Assembly (NCBI GenBank): GCA_049320885.1
Contig: JBMORA010000049.1
Span: 1-64,000, forward strand
Direction of reading: 5' to 3'
Source: Thermodesulfobacteriota bacterium
Lineage (GTDB): Bacteria; Desulfobacterota; Desulfobacteria; Desulfobacterales; SURF-7
DNA length: 64,000 nt
The notes beneath the pieces were generated by a model, which was not told the origin of the DNA, ran no database searches, and worked only from the letters and a program-made list of their open reading frames with translations. Shown here in pieces: positions 35,935 to 45,311 of this stretch. Both the position numbers and the translations under genes were made by a program. Positions within the stretch are counted from its first letter, which is position 1; every line of letters begins with the position of its first letter.

Positions 35935-36969
35935 ATGAAGAAAATTGTTTTTGCCGTTGTCGCTGCCGTCTGTATCGCTTCCCTTGCCTATCCCGCCGAG
36001 TCTCCGGAAAAACCCAAACCCAAAGTGGTATTGAAAATCGCCACCCTGGCGCCTTCCGGATCCTATGACAAGCTCCGTAAAATGATTCAGGAAAAAACCG
36101 GATTTGAAGTGGATTGCAAGTTTTATTATGGCGGCATTCAGGGCGACGCCGTGGACGTGCTGCGAAAAATCCGCTTCCGGCAGTTACATGGCGCCACTCT
36201 TTCCGGGTACGGCCTTGGTCAGATCGTGCCGGAGTCGCGGGTGACGAGCCTGCCCTATGTTTTCCGGAACTACGATGAAGTGAATTATGTCCAGTCGCGG
36301 CTGGAGGAACATCTGAACGCCAAATTCGAACAGGCCGGCTATAAAGTCCTGGGCTGGCACAGCGTCGGGTTCATTTACACCTTTTCCAAGGTCCCCATCA
36401 CTTCCCTGGAAGTCGCCCGGGAACAGAAGTTCTGGGTCCCGGAAAACGACGAAGTGGCCAACGCCCTGTGTGAAACCCTGGGCATCTCACCGGTATCCCT
36501 TTCCATCACCGATGTGATGACGTCCCTTTCCACGCGCCTGATCGATGCCGCCAGCGCGCCTGCATTGGCGGCTGTCGGGTTCCGCTGGTATACCCGCTTC
36601 AAGTACATGTCCGAATATCCCCTGGGGAATGTTCTCAGCGCCCTGGTGATCACCAAAAAGCAATGGGACAAGATTTCACCCAAGGGGCAGGCCGACATTC
36701 TGTCCGTTTCCAGGGAGTTTTTCCAAAAGGCCGAGGCGGTCATCCGGGAAAAGGACAAACAATCCATTGCGGCCCTGAAAAAGGCCGGGATCCAGGTGGT
36801 GCGTCTGGATGCCGATGAATCAAGGCGGTTCATCGAGGAGACTTCCGTGAAAACCAGAAACGCCCTGGTGGGCAAACTGTATTCCCGGGAACTCCTGGAC
36901 CGCGTGCTGGGGCTGCTTGAGGAGTACCGCGCCGCTCATCCCGACAGCATCGTCGAGAAGATCGAATGA
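35935..36969 (+). CDS. dctP: TRAP transporter substrate-binding protein DctP
   Basis: Signal peptide; LKIATLAPSGS, YYGGIQGD...RKIR, LPYVFR; no dctQM in the window. Confidence 0.8.
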   Translation: MKKIVFAVVAAVCIASLAYPAESPEKPKPKVVLKIATLAPSGSYDKLRKMIQEKTGFEVDCKFYYGGIQGDAVDVLRKIRFRQLHGATLSGYGLGQIVPESRVTSLPYVFRNYDEVNYVQSRLEEHLNAKFEQAGYKVLGWHSVGFIYTFSKVPITSLEVAREQKFWVPENDEVANALCETLGISPVSLSITDVMTSLSTRLIDAASAPALAAVGFRWYTRFKYMSEYPLGNVLSALVITKKQWDKISPKGQADILSVSREFFQKAEAVIREKDKQSIAALKKAGIQVVRLDADESRRFIEETSVKTRNALVGKLYSRELLDRVLGLLEEYRAAHPDSIVEKIE

Positions 36970-37094
36970 CCTCCTTGTTGCCCGGGGGAGCGGCTTCCGA
37001 TCGTGACGACACCATCTTCTTCCGGCAGCGGGTGCAATTTCGTGGGAGCTGCTTCCCGTATGCGATCATCCCCTCGACTTCCAGCCAAGGATTG

Positions 37095-38048
37095 TCAGGG
37101 AACGAGCCAGACGGCGCCTTCCGTGTAATTCTCCAGAACGCATTTTGAAACGCTGCCGAAGAAAAAGGAGCGATTCTCCCCGCTTCGGCCGATAACCACC
37201 GTCCCGAAGCGGCCTTGGGCCATTTCCTTCGTGATGGTTTTCCCCACATTCATGGTGCAGTCCACTTCCATGATGTGAAGCTGATCCCGATGGATTCCGG
37301 CTTCCCGGAATTTGGCCACAGCCGCTTTGAAAAAATGTTTCAGGCGACGGCCGTCGGTCTGCCGGACCAGGTCGTCGAGTTCCGGGTTGGGTTCGGAGTC
37401 CGCTTCCGTGTCCGGCAGATGGAAGTCGATGGCGAGATAGTTCCCGATCTTGGGTTTCACATGGAGCAGGGTGACGGACTGGGCCTGGTTTCCGCGGAGC
37501 ATGAAGGCGACATGATCCACGGCCCGTAAGGCGCTCTCCGAGCCGTCCACGGCAATGACCATCTTCGACAGCTCCGGCTTCCGATCCACAACCCAGACAG
37601 GCGTCACCTGCGAATGTTCCAGCAGTTGCGCGGTGACGCTGCCCATGAACATTTCCTGAGCCTTGGAAATTCCGCGCCTGCCAACCACTAGGGCGTCGTA
37701 TCGGCCGACCAGGGCGAAATCCAGGATATCCTTGGCGATGCCGGACAACTGGGGCCTGCTGACGGTTTTCAGTCGTTTTTCCTCAATGCCGGCTTCCCGC
37801 ATTTTGGATGCAAAACGCTGTAACAGGGAAGAGGCGTTGTCATGGTTGCGCTGGAGAAGTTCGCTCAGTTTCCGTTTTGCAGCCGGATCATGCTCCGCCT
37901 CCTCCATGATGAAGGCGGAGATGGCGGGATGAATATGCGCGATGGTGTAATTCGGCTTCCGGATCATGGAGTCGATGGAAAGCAGATAGTCAATGGCTTC
38001 CACGGAATGGTCCGAATTGTCTACCGCGATCAGGATTTCTTGTTGCAT
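37095..38048 (-). CDS. universal stress protein (two USP domains)
   Basis: ILIAVDNSDHS, VVGRRG...MGSV, VIAVDGSESA, VIGRSG...FGSVS. Confidence 0.9.
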   Translation of the reverse strand: MQQEILIAVDNSDHSVEAIDYLLSIDSMIRKPNYTIAHIHPAISAFIMEEAEHDPAAKRKLSELLQRNHDNASSLLQRFASKMREAGIEEKRLKTVSRPQLSGIAKDILDFALVGRYDALVVGRRGISKAQEMFMGSVTAQLLEHSQVTPVWVVDRKPELSKMVIAVDGSESALRAVDHVAFMLRGNQAQSVTLLHVKPKIGNYLAIDFHLPDTEADSEPNPELDDLVRQTDGRRLKHFFKAAVAKFREAGIHRDQLHIMEVDCTMNVGKTITKEMAQGRFGTVVIGRSGENRSFFFGSVSKCVLENYTEGAVWLVP

Positions 38049-38374
38049 AAGCGGTACCCCTTTTCTGAATGGCGCGGCAGGGAAGACGGCGACTGCCGCA
38101 GGAATGATCATGACCGGCTTGAAAATATATCTTCTTGGAGGCGGATCGGTCAAGCCCCGTCATTTCATGTTTCCTGATATTGTCGGGAAATTTCCCGGGA
38201 TATCCCTGGGGCGCCGAAGGACCGTCGCCGATGTCCGGGAATTTTTTCGGTACAAGGGATGTACAAACCCTGTTCATGCCATGTCCGGAAGGGTTCAGGG
38301 CATGCGCCTCTCCATGGGAAAAAACAAAAACGATCCCAAACGAAATCATTTGGTTGCTGAAAACAGCGCCTGTC

Positions 38375-38390
38375 TGGCATGCCTTTTGTA
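38375..38390 (+). promoter_or_regulatory. sigma-54 (-24/-12) promoter candidate for the fatty-acid synthase cluster
   Basis: TGGCAT-GCCTT-TTGTA; IHF-like AATCATTTGGTTG at 38344-38356 just upstream. Confidence 0.6.
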
Positions 38391-38491
38391 AATCCTGCTG
38401 AATTCATCACCCGGCCATGATTCGTCAAAGGCCTTCTCCGGCAGCGGCATTCGTCCTGTTGATCATCTTTAGCGGTATGGAGTGAAAAAAG

Positions 38492-39427
38492 ATGCACTTT
38501 GATTCCAAATTCTGGGCCTTGATCATCGGTGGTTCCAGCGGATTCGGTTTGGCCGCGGCCCGAAAGCTGGCGGCCCATGGCATGAATATCTGTATCGTCC
38601 ATCGCGACCGCCGCGCCGCCATGCGCTCGATTCAGGAATCCTTTGGGGAAATCGCCGCATCCGGTGCGGGTCTGTTGACCTATAATCTGGATGCCCTGAC
38701 TGTGGAGGGGCGCCGTCACGTGCTGGATGGGCTGAGGGAAGCAATGGGCGGGGAGGGCAGGGTGCGCCTGCTCCTGCATGCGGTGGCTTTTGGAAACCTG
38801 AAGCTGCTGGCTCCTTGGGCGCTGAAAAATCCGGGCCGCGCGGCCCGGGAGCAACTGTATGAAAAGACGGGCATATCCAACGAAGAGGTCCGGGCGGCCA
38901 TCCGGAACGGCCTGGATAAAGGTCTGGATGCCCTGGCTTCCCTGGACGATCCGCCGTGCTATAACGAGCGGCAGTTTCTAGATGCCGGGGATTTTGCCCG
39001 CACGATCCATGCCATGGGCACCAACATCGTGGAATGGGTGGGGGATGTGTTTTCCCGCGGCCTGTTTGCCGGGGATGCCCGCGTGTTGAGCCTGACCAGT
39101 GAAGGCAATTCCATAGCCTGGCGGGGATATGCGGCGGTTTCCGCAGCCAAGGCGGCCCTGGAGTCCGTCACCCGCGCCATGGCCGTGGAATATGCTCCCC
39201 ACGGCATCCGTGCCAATGTCATTCAAGCCGGCGTTACGGATACGGCGGCCATGCGGGCCATTCCCGGCAGCCAGCAAATCAAGTCCCGGGCCAGGCTACG
39301 GAATCCCATGGCACGGTTGACCACCCCCGAGGATGTGGCGGATGTCATTTTTCTGCTCTGCCTGAAGGAAGCCGCCTGGATCAACGGCGCCCTCCTTTGC
39401 GTGGACGGCGGCGAAAGGATTGCCTGA
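38492..39427 (+). CDS. enoyl-ACP reductase (FabL/FabI-like SDR)
   Basis: GGSSGFG, LTSEG, YAAVSAAK (Y-x6-K), QAGVTDT, NPMARLTTPEDVA. Confidence 0.8.
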   Translation: MHFDSKFWALIIGGSSGFGLAAARKLAAHGMNICIVHRDRRAAMRSIQESFGEIAASGAGLLTYNLDALTVEGRRHVLDGLREAMGGEGRVRLLLHAVAFGNLKLLAPWALKNPGRAAREQLYEKTGISNEEVRAAIRNGLDKGLDALASLDDPPCYNERQFLDAGDFARTIHAMGTNIVEWVGDVFSRGLFAGDARVLSLTSEGNSIAWRGYAAVSAAKAALESVTRAMAVEYAPHGIRANVIQAGVTDTAAMRAIPGSQQIKSRARLRNPMARLTTPEDVADVIFLLCLKEAAWINGALLCVDGGERIA

Positions 39428-39428
39428 G

Positions 39429-40418
39429 ATGTTGTACCTGCATGGAATGGGGCATTTTTTCCCGGAAAACGTGATATCCAATCGGTTCATCAGTGAATTG
39501 GATATCGGCAGCGATGAGACCTGGATCCTGGAGCGCGTTGGGATCAGAACCCGGCGGACCACCCTGCCGCTCGCCTATATCCGCGAAACCGGCAACCAGG
39601 ATCCGCGGCAGGCGGCAGATGTCAGCCTGTATACGCATGCCCAAATGGGTGCGAAGGCCGCGCGGATGGGGCTTGACCGGGCCGGTTTGACGGAAGCGGA
39701 TCTGGGTATGGTCGTCTGTGGGACCTCTTCACCGGCCTACGCCATCCCGGCCCTTGCTTGCAACGTGGCGGCCGAACTGGGGCTGGAGATTCCCTGTGTG
39801 GATATCAACACCGCATGCAGCACTTTTGTGGTTCAGCTCTCCATGGTGGCCAACATGGTGCCGGAAAGCCTGCCAGCTTTCATTCTGGTGGTCAATCCCG
39901 AATGCTGCACCCATGTGGTGGATTATCGGGATCGCCGGGTGGCGCCCCTGTTCGGCGACGGTTGCAGCGCGGCCATCGTTTCCCGGCGCATACCGGCGGA
40001 CAAATGGATCGAAACCGGCGGTTTTTTTTCAGCTCCGTCAAAATGGGATGCGATTCAAATCCCGCGTTCCGGCCATTTCCGGCAGGACGGACGGGTGGTG
40101 CAGAAATTTGCCATACGGAAAACCGCCCGGATGCTGAAGGACCTGATTCAGGCCCACCCGCTGGGGCCGGAGCGCCTCAAATTCATCGGCCACCAGGCCA
40201 ATCTCAAGGTGCTTGTCCATGCAGCCGAGACCTGCGGCATCCTGAAAGACAATCATTGGCATAATGTCGTGGACTACGGCAACACCGGCTGTGGCAGCGC
40301 TCCCGGAGTGCTCAGTCAGAACTGGGATCGTCTCGAGCCGGGAGATCATGTGGGCATGGTGGTGGTGGGCGCGGGGCTGACCTGGGCAAGTGCGATGCTG
40401 CAGGTGAAAGGGGAATAG
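39429..40418 (+). CDS. fabH: 3-oxoacyl-ACP synthase III
   Basis: Catalytic triad motifs TACS, HQAN, YGNTG; LFGDG; GAGLTW. Confidence 0.88.
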   Translation: MLYLHGMGHFFPENVISNRFISELDIGSDETWILERVGIRTRRTTLPLAYIRETGNQDPRQAADVSLYTHAQMGAKAARMGLDRAGLTEADLGMVVCGTSSPAYAIPALACNVAAELGLEIPCVDINTACSTFVVQLSMVANMVPESLPAFILVVNPECCTHVVDYRDRRVAPLFGDGCSAAIVSRRIPADKWIETGGFFSAPSKWDAIQIPRSGHFRQDGRVVQKFAIRKTARMLKDLIQAHPLGPERLKFIGHQANLKVLVHAAETCGILKDNHWHNVVDYGNTGCGSAPGVLSQNWDRLEPGDHVGMVVVGAGLTWASAMLQVKGE

Positions 40419-40466
40419 ACTATAGGCTATGGACTATGGACTGTTATTCCAAAGGACGAAAGTGGA

Positions 40467-41234
40467 ATGAACGGCGAAAACAACAACCAATCCATGAAAG
40501 TGAAGGCATCTCAACCGGTAGCCGTTGTCACCGGCGGGGCCACGGGTATCGGCGCGGCCTGTTGCCGGAGCCTTTCGCAACAGGGCTTTCGGGTGGGGAT
40601 TCATCACCATACGAGCCTTCCGGAGGCCGAAGCGTTGCGGAATGAGTTATCGGGCGCGTTTCTGATCTCCGCCGATCTCCGGGAAACGACCTCCATCGAT
40701 GGCATGATGAGCGCCTTGCAGGAGAAAACCGGCCGGGTGGATGTGCTGGTGAACAACGCCGGCATGGCAATCAACGCCACCATGGGGGGGATGCGGATCG
40801 AACAGTTCGATGCCCAGCGCTGGATGGCCCGGGGGGCCTGGTACCTGGCCAAACGTATTTTGAGGAAGTTCATGCTGCGGCAGGCCGGCGGCAGGATCAT
40901 CAATATCTCCAGCGTGGTGGGGCATACCGGCAATGCCGGTCAGATTCCCTATGCCATGGAAAAAGCCGCTCTTGACGCCATGACCCGCTCCCTGGCTCTG
41001 GAAGTGGCGGCCCGCAACATTCTGGTGAACAGCGTGGCGCCGGGTTTCATCCGGACGGACATGACGGCCCGGTTATCCGAAGAAATCCGGCGTGACTATG
41101 AAGGACGGATTCCCCTGGGCCGCATGGGGCTGCCGGAGGAAGTCGCCGAAGTCGTCGCTTTTCTTTGCGGAAACGGCGGCAGTTATATCACCGGCGCCGT
41201 GATTCACGTGAATGGAGGGTTATATGGCGGCTGA
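40467..41234 (+). CDS. fabG: 3-oxoacyl-ACP reductase
   Basis: TGGATGIG, NNAG, NISSVVG..GNAGQ..YAMEK, APGFI.TDMT, VNGGLY. Confidence 0.85.
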   Translation: MNGENNNQSMKVKASQPVAVVTGGATGIGAACCRSLSQQGFRVGIHHHTSLPEAEALRNELSGAFLISADLRETTSIDGMMSALQEKTGRVDVLVNNAGMAINATMGGMRIEQFDAQRWMARGAWYLAKRILRKFMLRQAGGRIINISSVVGHTGNAGQIPYAMEKAALDAMTRSLALEVAARNILVNSVAPGFIRTDMTARLSEEIRRDYEGRIPLGRMGLPEEVAEVVAFLCGNGGSYITGAVIHVNGGLYGG

Positions 41235-41700
41235 TCCGGAGACAATACGAACCGTGTTGGACCTGATTCCCCAGCAGCCGCCGTTTCGCTTCATCGATTC
41301 CATTCTGCATCTGGATGAGGACAGGGTGCTTGGAACCTGCCGGTTTTCCAGGGAGGCTTTTTTCTATGCAGGTCATTTCCCGGGAAACCCGGTTACACCC
41401 GGAGTGATTCTGGTGGAGGCCATGGCCCAGACAGGAGTGGTGGCTCTGGGCATTTTTTTGATGCGCTGCCAGGGAATGTCACCGGATCACATCCGGCGAC
41501 ATTTGTTCCTGTTCGCCTTTGCCGAGGAAATCGTCTTTGAACGCATTCTGGGGCCGGGTGAACAGGTGATGATCCGGGGAGAGAAAATCTACTATCGCCG
41601 GAATCAGTTGAAAACCCGGGTCGTCATGTTCGATGAAGAAAATCGAAGAGTATGCAGCGGTGTTCTGGCCGGAAGGGGAATGAATCACAATGAAACATAG
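41224..41700 (+). CDS. fabZ: 3-hydroxyacyl-ACP dehydratase
   Basis: IPQQPPFRFID, GHFPGNPVTPGVILVEAMAQ. Confidence 0.85.
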   Translation: MAADPETIRTVLDLIPQQPPFRFIDSILHLDEDRVLGTCRFSREAFFYAGHFPGNPVTPGVILVEAMAQTGVVALGIFLMRCQGMSPDHIRRHLFLFAFAEEIVFERILGPGEQVMIRGEKIYYRRNQLKTRVVMFDEENRRVCSGVLAGRGMNHNET

Positions 41701-42967
41701 AGTGGTGGTCACCGGCATGGGAGTGGTCAGTCCCAATGCCTATGGGCTGGATGAATTCGAGACGGCCTTGAGAAACGGCCAATCCGGTATCCGCTTTATC
41801 CCGCGGCTGGCGGATTTGAATTTCGCCTGCCGCATCGGCGGGGTGCCGGACAATTTCGAAGCGGTCTGCGAGCGCCGTTTAACCAAAAAGCAGCGGCTGC
41901 ACCTGAGTGACAACATGGCCTATGCCTCGGTGGCGGCCCTGGATGCCTGGGAAGACGCCGGTCTGGCCATTCCGGAAACCGAACCGGACTGGGACAGCGG
42001 GGTAATCCTGGGCTGCGGGATCAGCGATACGGAAACCATCGCCACCACCATTGTTCCGGCGGTGACTTCCGGTAACGTGCGGCGGATGGGCGGACGCGTG
42101 GTGGAAAAGGTCATGGGCAGCGCCACCAGCGCCCGGGTGGCCGGACTGCTCGGCCTGGGCAACCAGGTGACCTCCAATTCCTCGGCCTGCAGTACCGGCA
42201 CGGAGGCCCTGGTGGAGGCGAACTGGAAAATCCGCCATGGCCTGGCCAAACGCATGGTGGTGGGGGGATCGGAAGCGCCCTCGCCCTTTACCTGGGGCGG
42301 TTTCGATTCCATGAAGGTGCTTTCCCGTAAATTCAACGACCAGCCGGAAAAGGGTTCGCGGCCCATGAGCGCCTCGGCCGGCGGTTTTGTCCCCGGCGCC
42401 GGCGCCGGTGTACTGGTGCTGGAAAACCTGGAAACAGCCATGGCGCGAAATGCCCGGATATATGCCGAAATTCTGGGCGGATTCGTGAACTGCGGCGGGC
42501 AGCGCAATGGCGGCACCATGACGGCGCCGAATCATGCGGGCGTCCTGCGCTGCATCCGCGGTGCCATGGACGATGCCGGCATTACCCCGGCCATGGTGGA
42601 CGCCGTCAGCGGACACCTGACAGCCACCTTCGCCGACCCCTATGAAATCAGGAACTGGTCGGCGGCCCTGGGCCGGGGGCCGGAGAATTTCCCCTATGTC
42701 AATGCCGCCAAATCCATGATCGGTCATTGTCTGGGAGCCGCCGGCGCCATCGAGAGCATCGCGGCGATTCTGGAGCTCCATAAAGGGTTCCTGCATCCGT
42801 CCATCAATTGTGAAGACCTCCATCCGGAGCTGATTCCGTATCGAGATCGAATCGTCCGGGAATGCCTGGAACATCCGGACATCCGGATCATCGCCAAGGC
42901 CAGCTTCGGTTTCGGCGATGTCAACAGCAGTGTGATCATCCGGAAATGGGGGAGTGATGGGGGATAA
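41690..42967 (+). CDS. fabF: beta-ketoacyl-ACP synthase (FabF/FabB family)
   Basis: RVVVTGMG, SACSTG, GHLTAT, KSMIGHCLGAAG, SFGFG. Confidence 0.85.
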   Translation: MKHRVVVTGMGVVSPNAYGLDEFETALRNGQSGIRFIPRLADLNFACRIGGVPDNFEAVCERRLTKKQRLHLSDNMAYASVAALDAWEDAGLAIPETEPDWDSGVILGCGISDTETIATTIVPAVTSGNVRRMGGRVVEKVMGSATSARVAGLLGLGNQVTSNSSACSTGTEALVEANWKIRHGLAKRMVVGGSEAPSPFTWGGFDSMKVLSRKFNDQPEKGSRPMSASAGGFVPGAGAGVLVLENLETAMARNARIYAEILGGFVNCGGQRNGGTMTAPNHAGVLRCIRGAMDDAGITPAMVDAVSGHLTATFADPYEIRNWSAALGRGPENFPYVNAAKSMIGHCLGAAGAIESIAAILELHKGFLHPSINCEDLHPELIPYRDRIVRECLEHPDIRIIAKASFGFGDVNSSVIIRKWGSDGG

Positions 42968-43044
42968 GGGAGGGGAATAGGGAATAGGTTGTAGGAAACG
43001 CATGTCGCGCTTCCGTGTGGGTATACTTTTGAAAGGAGGAAAAA

Positions 43045-43314
43045 ATGGAAGAGAAACTGGTGATGGAAAAATTGCTTGGATTGATCGAACCGTTCATGGA
43101 TGATCCGGCCCTGCTGAAAAAAACCACCCGGGACACCCATCTGATCGATGATTTGAACCTCAATTCCGCCTGGCTGGTGGATCTGATCATCAAGATCGAG
43201 GACCTTTTCGATGTCGAGATCTCCGATGATGACGCCGACGCCATTCAGACCGTCGGGAACGCCGTGGATGTGATCCGGCGCAAACTCGTCGGCCGCGGCA
43301 GCGCGGCGGCCTGA
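43045..43314 (+). CDS. acpP: acyl carrier protein
   Basis: Small and acidic; DDLNLNSAWLVDL...IEDLFDVEISDDDA..IQTVG. Confidence 0.85.
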   Translation: MEEKLVMEKLLGLIEPFMDDPALLKKTTRDTHLIDDLNLNSAWLVDLIIKIEDLFDVEISDDDADAIQTVGNAVDVIRRKLVGRGSAAA

Positions 43315-43323
43315 GGAAGAGCC

Positions 43324-44067
43324 ATGCCGGGACGGCTGGACAAATGCCTGCTCAGCCTGCAATGGATACTGGGCCGATGCTGCTTTTTGATCATCGGCCC
43401 CTTGTCCTTTGCCCTCATGCGGCTCATCGGCTACCGGGTGGACGACCTGAAGGCCTTCCGCAGGGAAATCCGGGCGCATTTCGAGACCCATCCCGGTCCC
43501 TGGCTGATCTGCGCCAATCATCTGACCCTGATCGATTCCGCGATCATCGCCTATGCCCTGGCGCCTGTGACCGGCTATCTGTTCAACTACCGCATGCTGC
43601 CCTGGAACGTGCCGGAACAGACCAATTTCCAGCGCAACCTGTTCAGCACGGTTTTCTGCTACCTGGCCAAATGCATCCCCATCCGCCGCCGCGGGGATCG
43701 CGAGCAGGTGCGCCGGTGCCTGGACAAATGTGTCTGGCTGCTGAACCGGGGGGAGATATTGACCGTTTTTCCCGAGGGGACCCGCTCCCGTTCGGGCCGG
43801 GTGGATTTTCAGAATGTCACGTACGGTGTGGGGCGTTTTCTCACCAGCGTGCCGGCCTGCCGGGTCTTGTGCCTGTATCTGCGGGGGGCAGGACAGGACT
43901 CCTACAGCAATTTTCCGCGTCCGGGGGAACGGTTCCACATCCGGCCCAGCGTGCTGGTGCCGCGGACAATCGGCAAGGGCATCCGGGCCCAGCGGGCCTA
44001 CGCCCTCCAGATCATCGCCCGGTTGGCGGAAATGGAGCAGCAGTATTTTGCGCTTCGTGGGCAATGA
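43324..44067 (+). CDS. lysophospholipid acyltransferase (PlsC family)
   Basis: NHLTLID (HxxxxD), IPIRR, FPEGTRS. Confidence 0.85.
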   Translation: MPGRLDKCLLSLQWILGRCCFLIIGPLSFALMRLIGYRVDDLKAFRREIRAHFETHPGPWLICANHLTLIDSAIIAYALAPVTGYLFNYRMLPWNVPEQTNFQRNLFSTVFCYLAKCIPIRRRGDREQVRRCLDKCVWLLNRGEILTVFPEGTRSRSGRVDFQNVTYGVGRFLTSVPACRVLCLYLRGAGQDSYSNFPRPGERFHIRPSVLVPRTIGKGIRAQRAYALQIIARLAEMEQQYFALRGQ

Positions 44068-44710
44068 CATCGTCGACCTCTCGGCTCCCGGTGCCGCGGG
44101 CAAATGCGGCGACAGCCGGTTTGTCCAACGGGTGTTCACACCGGCGGAACAGGACTTTATCCAGGGCGGACACAACCCGGATCAGCGTCTCTGGGCCCTC
44201 TGGGCCTGCAAGGAAACGGCTTACAAAATCGCCTCCAAAATCGACCCGCGGATTTCTTCCGCTCCTCGCCGGTATCCGGTGGAATTTTATAGTCATAACA
44301 ATTTGCAGGACGCCCGGGCGCTGGTGACCACGCCCAGGGGACCGGTGACGGCGGGCGTCACCCTTGCCGGGCAGGACTGCATCCATGTGGTGGGCGCCGA
44401 CGGGACCGTTTTCCCGGACAGACTTGTCCATGGCGCAAACCGGATCGATTTGTCAAGGCCTTGGGATGCGGGTGCCATTGTGGCGGCGCGTTCCCGGTCG
44501 GCAAGAGCGATGGCCACCAGGGCCATAGCCGCACATCTTCACACGTCTGAAAGCAGGTTGCGGATTGTCCGCCATGAATCGGGCCGCCGGCTGGGGCCGC
44601 CAAAGATATTTCAGGACCGGATTCCGGTTCCGCTGGATATCAGCCTGAGTCATGACGGCCGGTTCGCCGGTTATGCGTTTTCCCCGTTTCCGTTCGCTGT
44701 AGGCAAATAG
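44057..44710 (+). CDS. 4'-phosphopantetheinyl transferase (AcpS-like)
   Basis: VGNDIVD, RVFTPAE, WACKETAYK, ISLSHDG; start GTG 44057 or TTG 44048. Confidence 0.85.
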   Translation: MGNDIVDLSAPGAAGKCGDSRFVQRVFTPAEQDFIQGGHNPDQRLWALWACKETAYKIASKIDPRISSAPRRYPVEFYSHNNLQDARALVTTPRGPVTAGVTLAGQDCIHVVGADGTVFPDRLVHGANRIDLSRPWDAGAIVAARSRSARAMATRAIAAHLHTSESRLRIVRHESGRRLGPPKIFQDRIPVPLDISLSHDGRFAGYAFSPFPFAVGK

Positions 44711-44789
44711 CGGTTTTACGGAATTGCCGTCGCTTCCTTTTCAACTCAGCCCGTGTGCGCAGGGGGGGGATCTGGTGAAGCAATAGGTC

Positions 44790-44818
44790 AGCCATCAAGC
44801 TTAAAAAGCTTGATGGCT
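44790..44818. repeat. perfect 13-bp inverted repeat
   Basis: AGCCATCAAGCTT-AAA-AAGCTTGATGGCT at the boundary of the AT-richer patch. Confidence 0.8.
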
Positions 44819-44989
44819 ATAATATTTTGATAAAGCACAAAATATTTATCATTGGTAAATATGGGAATATCGATTCTATCAGCCACTGCACAAATCAGAA
44901 AATCAATATGTGATCCTTGAACTCCCTCGAAGTGCATAAGACCATATTGGCGTATCAACAAGGACTTTCAACGAGCTCTCCCCTTTTTA

Positions 44990-45205
44990 TTAATGATAAT
45001 CGGGATCAGGGTCCATTTTGCCGAAACGACGCAACGCCCTCAAGACGGCTTCGGCGTTTTGAGGGGAAGGCATCACCCAGATATCTATGTCCATTGTGGC
45101 CCGCGGGTAGCCGTGAGCAGCCAGCGCATAGGCACCGACAAGGATAAATCTAACCTTCTCTCCGGACAAGGCATGTAACATGTCTCTGTAATCTTCGTTC
45201 AACAT
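44990..45205 (-). pseudogene. 3'-truncated minimal nucleotidyltransferase
   Basis: LVGAYALAAHGYPRATMDIDIWV (G-[AG]...DxD nucleotidyltransferase motif); recognisable sequence stops after ALRRFG at about 62 aa. Confidence 0.7.
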
Positions 45206-45311
45206 CGTGCTTTACACTCAGGGATGCAATTTCTCTGGTCAACGGCCATACGAGACCAATTCGGTATTCCGGGGTGCCGGGAACGTAATCGTCATTCCAA
45301 TTGTCCGCCAT
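45150..45311 (-). CDS. small hypothetical protein overlapping the nucleotidyltransferase start (probable partner gene)
   Basis: Below the track cut-off; my translation is MADNWNDDYVPGTPEYRIGLVWPLTREIASLSVKHDVERRLQRHVTCLVRREG (53 aa). Confidence 0.55.
   Translation of the reverse strand: MADNWNDDYVPGTPEYRIGLVWPLTREIASLSVKHDVERRLQRHVTCLVRREG

Noticed and set aside
45001..45020. CGGGATCAGGGTCCATTTT at the nucleotidyltransferase truncation point as a REP/IS end
   Set aside because: Only a vague resemblance; no second copy or transposase in the window.
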